From NCBI RefSeq assembly GCF_009834535.1, contig NC_045697.1, positions 9,984,001-10,048,000 of the forward strand: a stretch of 64,000 nucleotides of DNA. The letters run 5' to 3'. This document shows, one piece after another, positions 62,545 through 64,000 of this stretch (its first letter is position 1; every line of letters begins with the position of its first letter). Under the pieces are notes generated by a model that was given only the letters and a program-made list of their open reading frames with translations, was not told the DNA's origin and did no database searches. Position numbers and translations under genes: made by a program. Origin of the DNA: Camelus ferus (lineage: Eukaryota).

Positions 62545-62883
62545 CAGTTGGCCCTTCATATCAACGGGTTCCACATCTGCAGATTCAACCAACCATGGAT
62601 AGAAATTTTTTTTTTAATTCCAGTAAGTTCCAAAAGCAAAACTTGAATTTGCTGCACACCAGTAACTGCATAGCATTTGCACTGAATTTACAACTATTTA
62701 CATAGCATTTATATTGTACTGGGTATTATAAGTACTCCAGAGATGATTTAACGTATACAGGGAGGATGTGTGTAGGTTATATGCAAATATTTTGCCATCT
62801 GATGTAAGGGACTTGAGCATCCTCAGATTTTGATATCTGCTGGGGCCCTGGGACCAATCCCCATGGGTACTGAGGGGTGCCTG
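62545..62883. mobile_element. MER2B-like TcMar-Tigger MITE
   Basis: TA|cagttggcccttcatatc...ctgaggggtgcctg|TA. Colinear with 27408-27736. Confidence 0.88.
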
Positions 62884-63378
62884 TATTTCCTACCACTCTC
62901 CATAAGTAACATTTTACTTGATCTTCAATCTCCAAACTTCAATAACGTCTTCCAAGAGGAAGATGAAGTTTCCCAGCAAGACTCATTTCTCCTTCAGCCT
63001 GTTGCTTGATGTCTTCACATGTTTGATAAAATTCAGCAAAGACTTTATTATAAAATCCAGATGAAGCCACCTGGGTTTCAGAATATAATTTGAAACTTGG
63101 CTGCTTTATGTATGCAAAGGAGAAGAAATACATTCAACTATAAGAGCATAAAGCTTAATATATGAAAAATGTTCAAACTTTATAAGCACATTCAGATAGG
63201 GAAGTGGGTGTTTTCCAAGAATAACAACCTGCTGCCTCTAAGAATTTAGAGTGTCTTTCTGAGGGAATCTGTGCTTATCTCAAAAGCAACGGATGCTAAG
63301 GAAAATACATTATGTAAGTATATGCTCTTTATTTGGCATGAAGAATGTGTTTTCACCAGCATTTAAGAGTTCAGGTCT

Positions 63379-63475
63379 GGGGTCGGGGATATGGCTCAGT
63401 GCATGTGCGAGGTCCTAGATTCAGTCCCCAATACCACCATTAAAATAAAAAAAAGAAGAAGAAGAAGAAGAAAAA
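63379..63475 (+). mobile_element. Internally deleted tRNA-derived SINE inserted in a MIR
   Basis: ggggatatggctcagtg-catgtgcgaggtcctagattcagtccccaataccacca with an A/(GAA)n tail. TSD ttcaggtct at 63370-63378 and 63476-63484. Confidence 0.8.
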
Positions 63476-63722
63476 TTCAGGTCTAGAACCAGACAACCTA
63501 GGTTCAAATCCCAGCTCTGCTACTTACTGGCTGTGTGACCTATACTTAGTCACCTAACCTCTCTGTGCTTTAGTTTCCCCAACCATAAAATGAGTAAATT
63601 GCTAGTGTCTACCTTATAGGATCATTAAAAGGATAAAATGAGTTAATACATTCACAGAACACATAAAACAGTTCCTAGGACATAGTTAGTGCTCAACAAA
63701 TGTTTGTAATTATTGTTGCTGT
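63476..63722 (+). mobile_element. MIR SINE (near full length)
   Basis: ggttcaaatcccagctctgctacttactggctgtgtgacc..aacctctctgtgctttagtttcc..ataaaatgagttaatac..gtgctcaacaaatg. Confidence 0.88.
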
Positions 63723-64000
63723 TGCTTTAAAATAGTAGAAGGAAAAAAGTCTCTTTTAAAAGAGTTTGTGGAATAAAGGAAGCAACATGTCTATGGGGAA
63801 TTCTTCAAAATACCTGAGGTAGAAACAAAATATATCAACTAGGGCCTTCTGTACCTCTACTTACAGATGCTCAAAGTCAGTATAAAAAACACATGGCCTG
63901 AGTAGAGGGCAATTTTGAGAAAAATGAGCTCTTGACCAGCATTTAGGAGATATTTACCCATCTCTCCTGAGGAGCAGCCTGGAACAGTCGATGTCAGGAT

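Noticed and set aside
62918..63070. Minus-strand exon candidate (cag|GTGGCT...CAA|gtaaaa)
   Set aside because: The pyrimidine tract is weak, all three frames contain stops and no protein is recognisable. A non-coding exon cannot be excluded.
1..64000. Host protein-coding gene, CRISPR array, rRNA or prokaryote-type system
   Set aside because: The non-L1 ORFs are short, mostly overlap repeats and match no protein family I recognise. There is no repeat-spacer array, and the DNA is clearly mammalian.

Overview
Mammalian genomic DNA, most likely camelid (inferred from short tRNA-Ala(AGC)-headed Vic-1-type SINEs and cetartiodactyl-type L1 3' ends). The window is repeat-rich and intergenic or intronic, and I found no host protein-coding exon. 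The dominant feature is a full-length but inactivated LINE-1 (8259-15331, + strand) with a CpG-rich 5' UTR and disrupted ORF1 and ORF2. Its 12-bp target-site duplication closes about 280 bp beyond its own poly(A), which points to a 3' transduction. The rest is seven 5'-truncated lineage-type L1 tails, three tRNA-derived SINEs, ancient L1M/L2/MIR relics, MaLR/ERVL solo LTRs, Tigger and hAT MITEs (several nested), microsatellites and a few candidate regulatory motifs (CTCF, PU.1-IRF). All 11 locally inserted lineage-type L1/SINE copies are on the + strand, hinting at an unseen minus-strand host transcript or a replication-direction bias. Subfamily names come from recalled consensus sequences, and the boundaries of ancient repeats are approximate. 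I see no evidence for a wholly new biological system.
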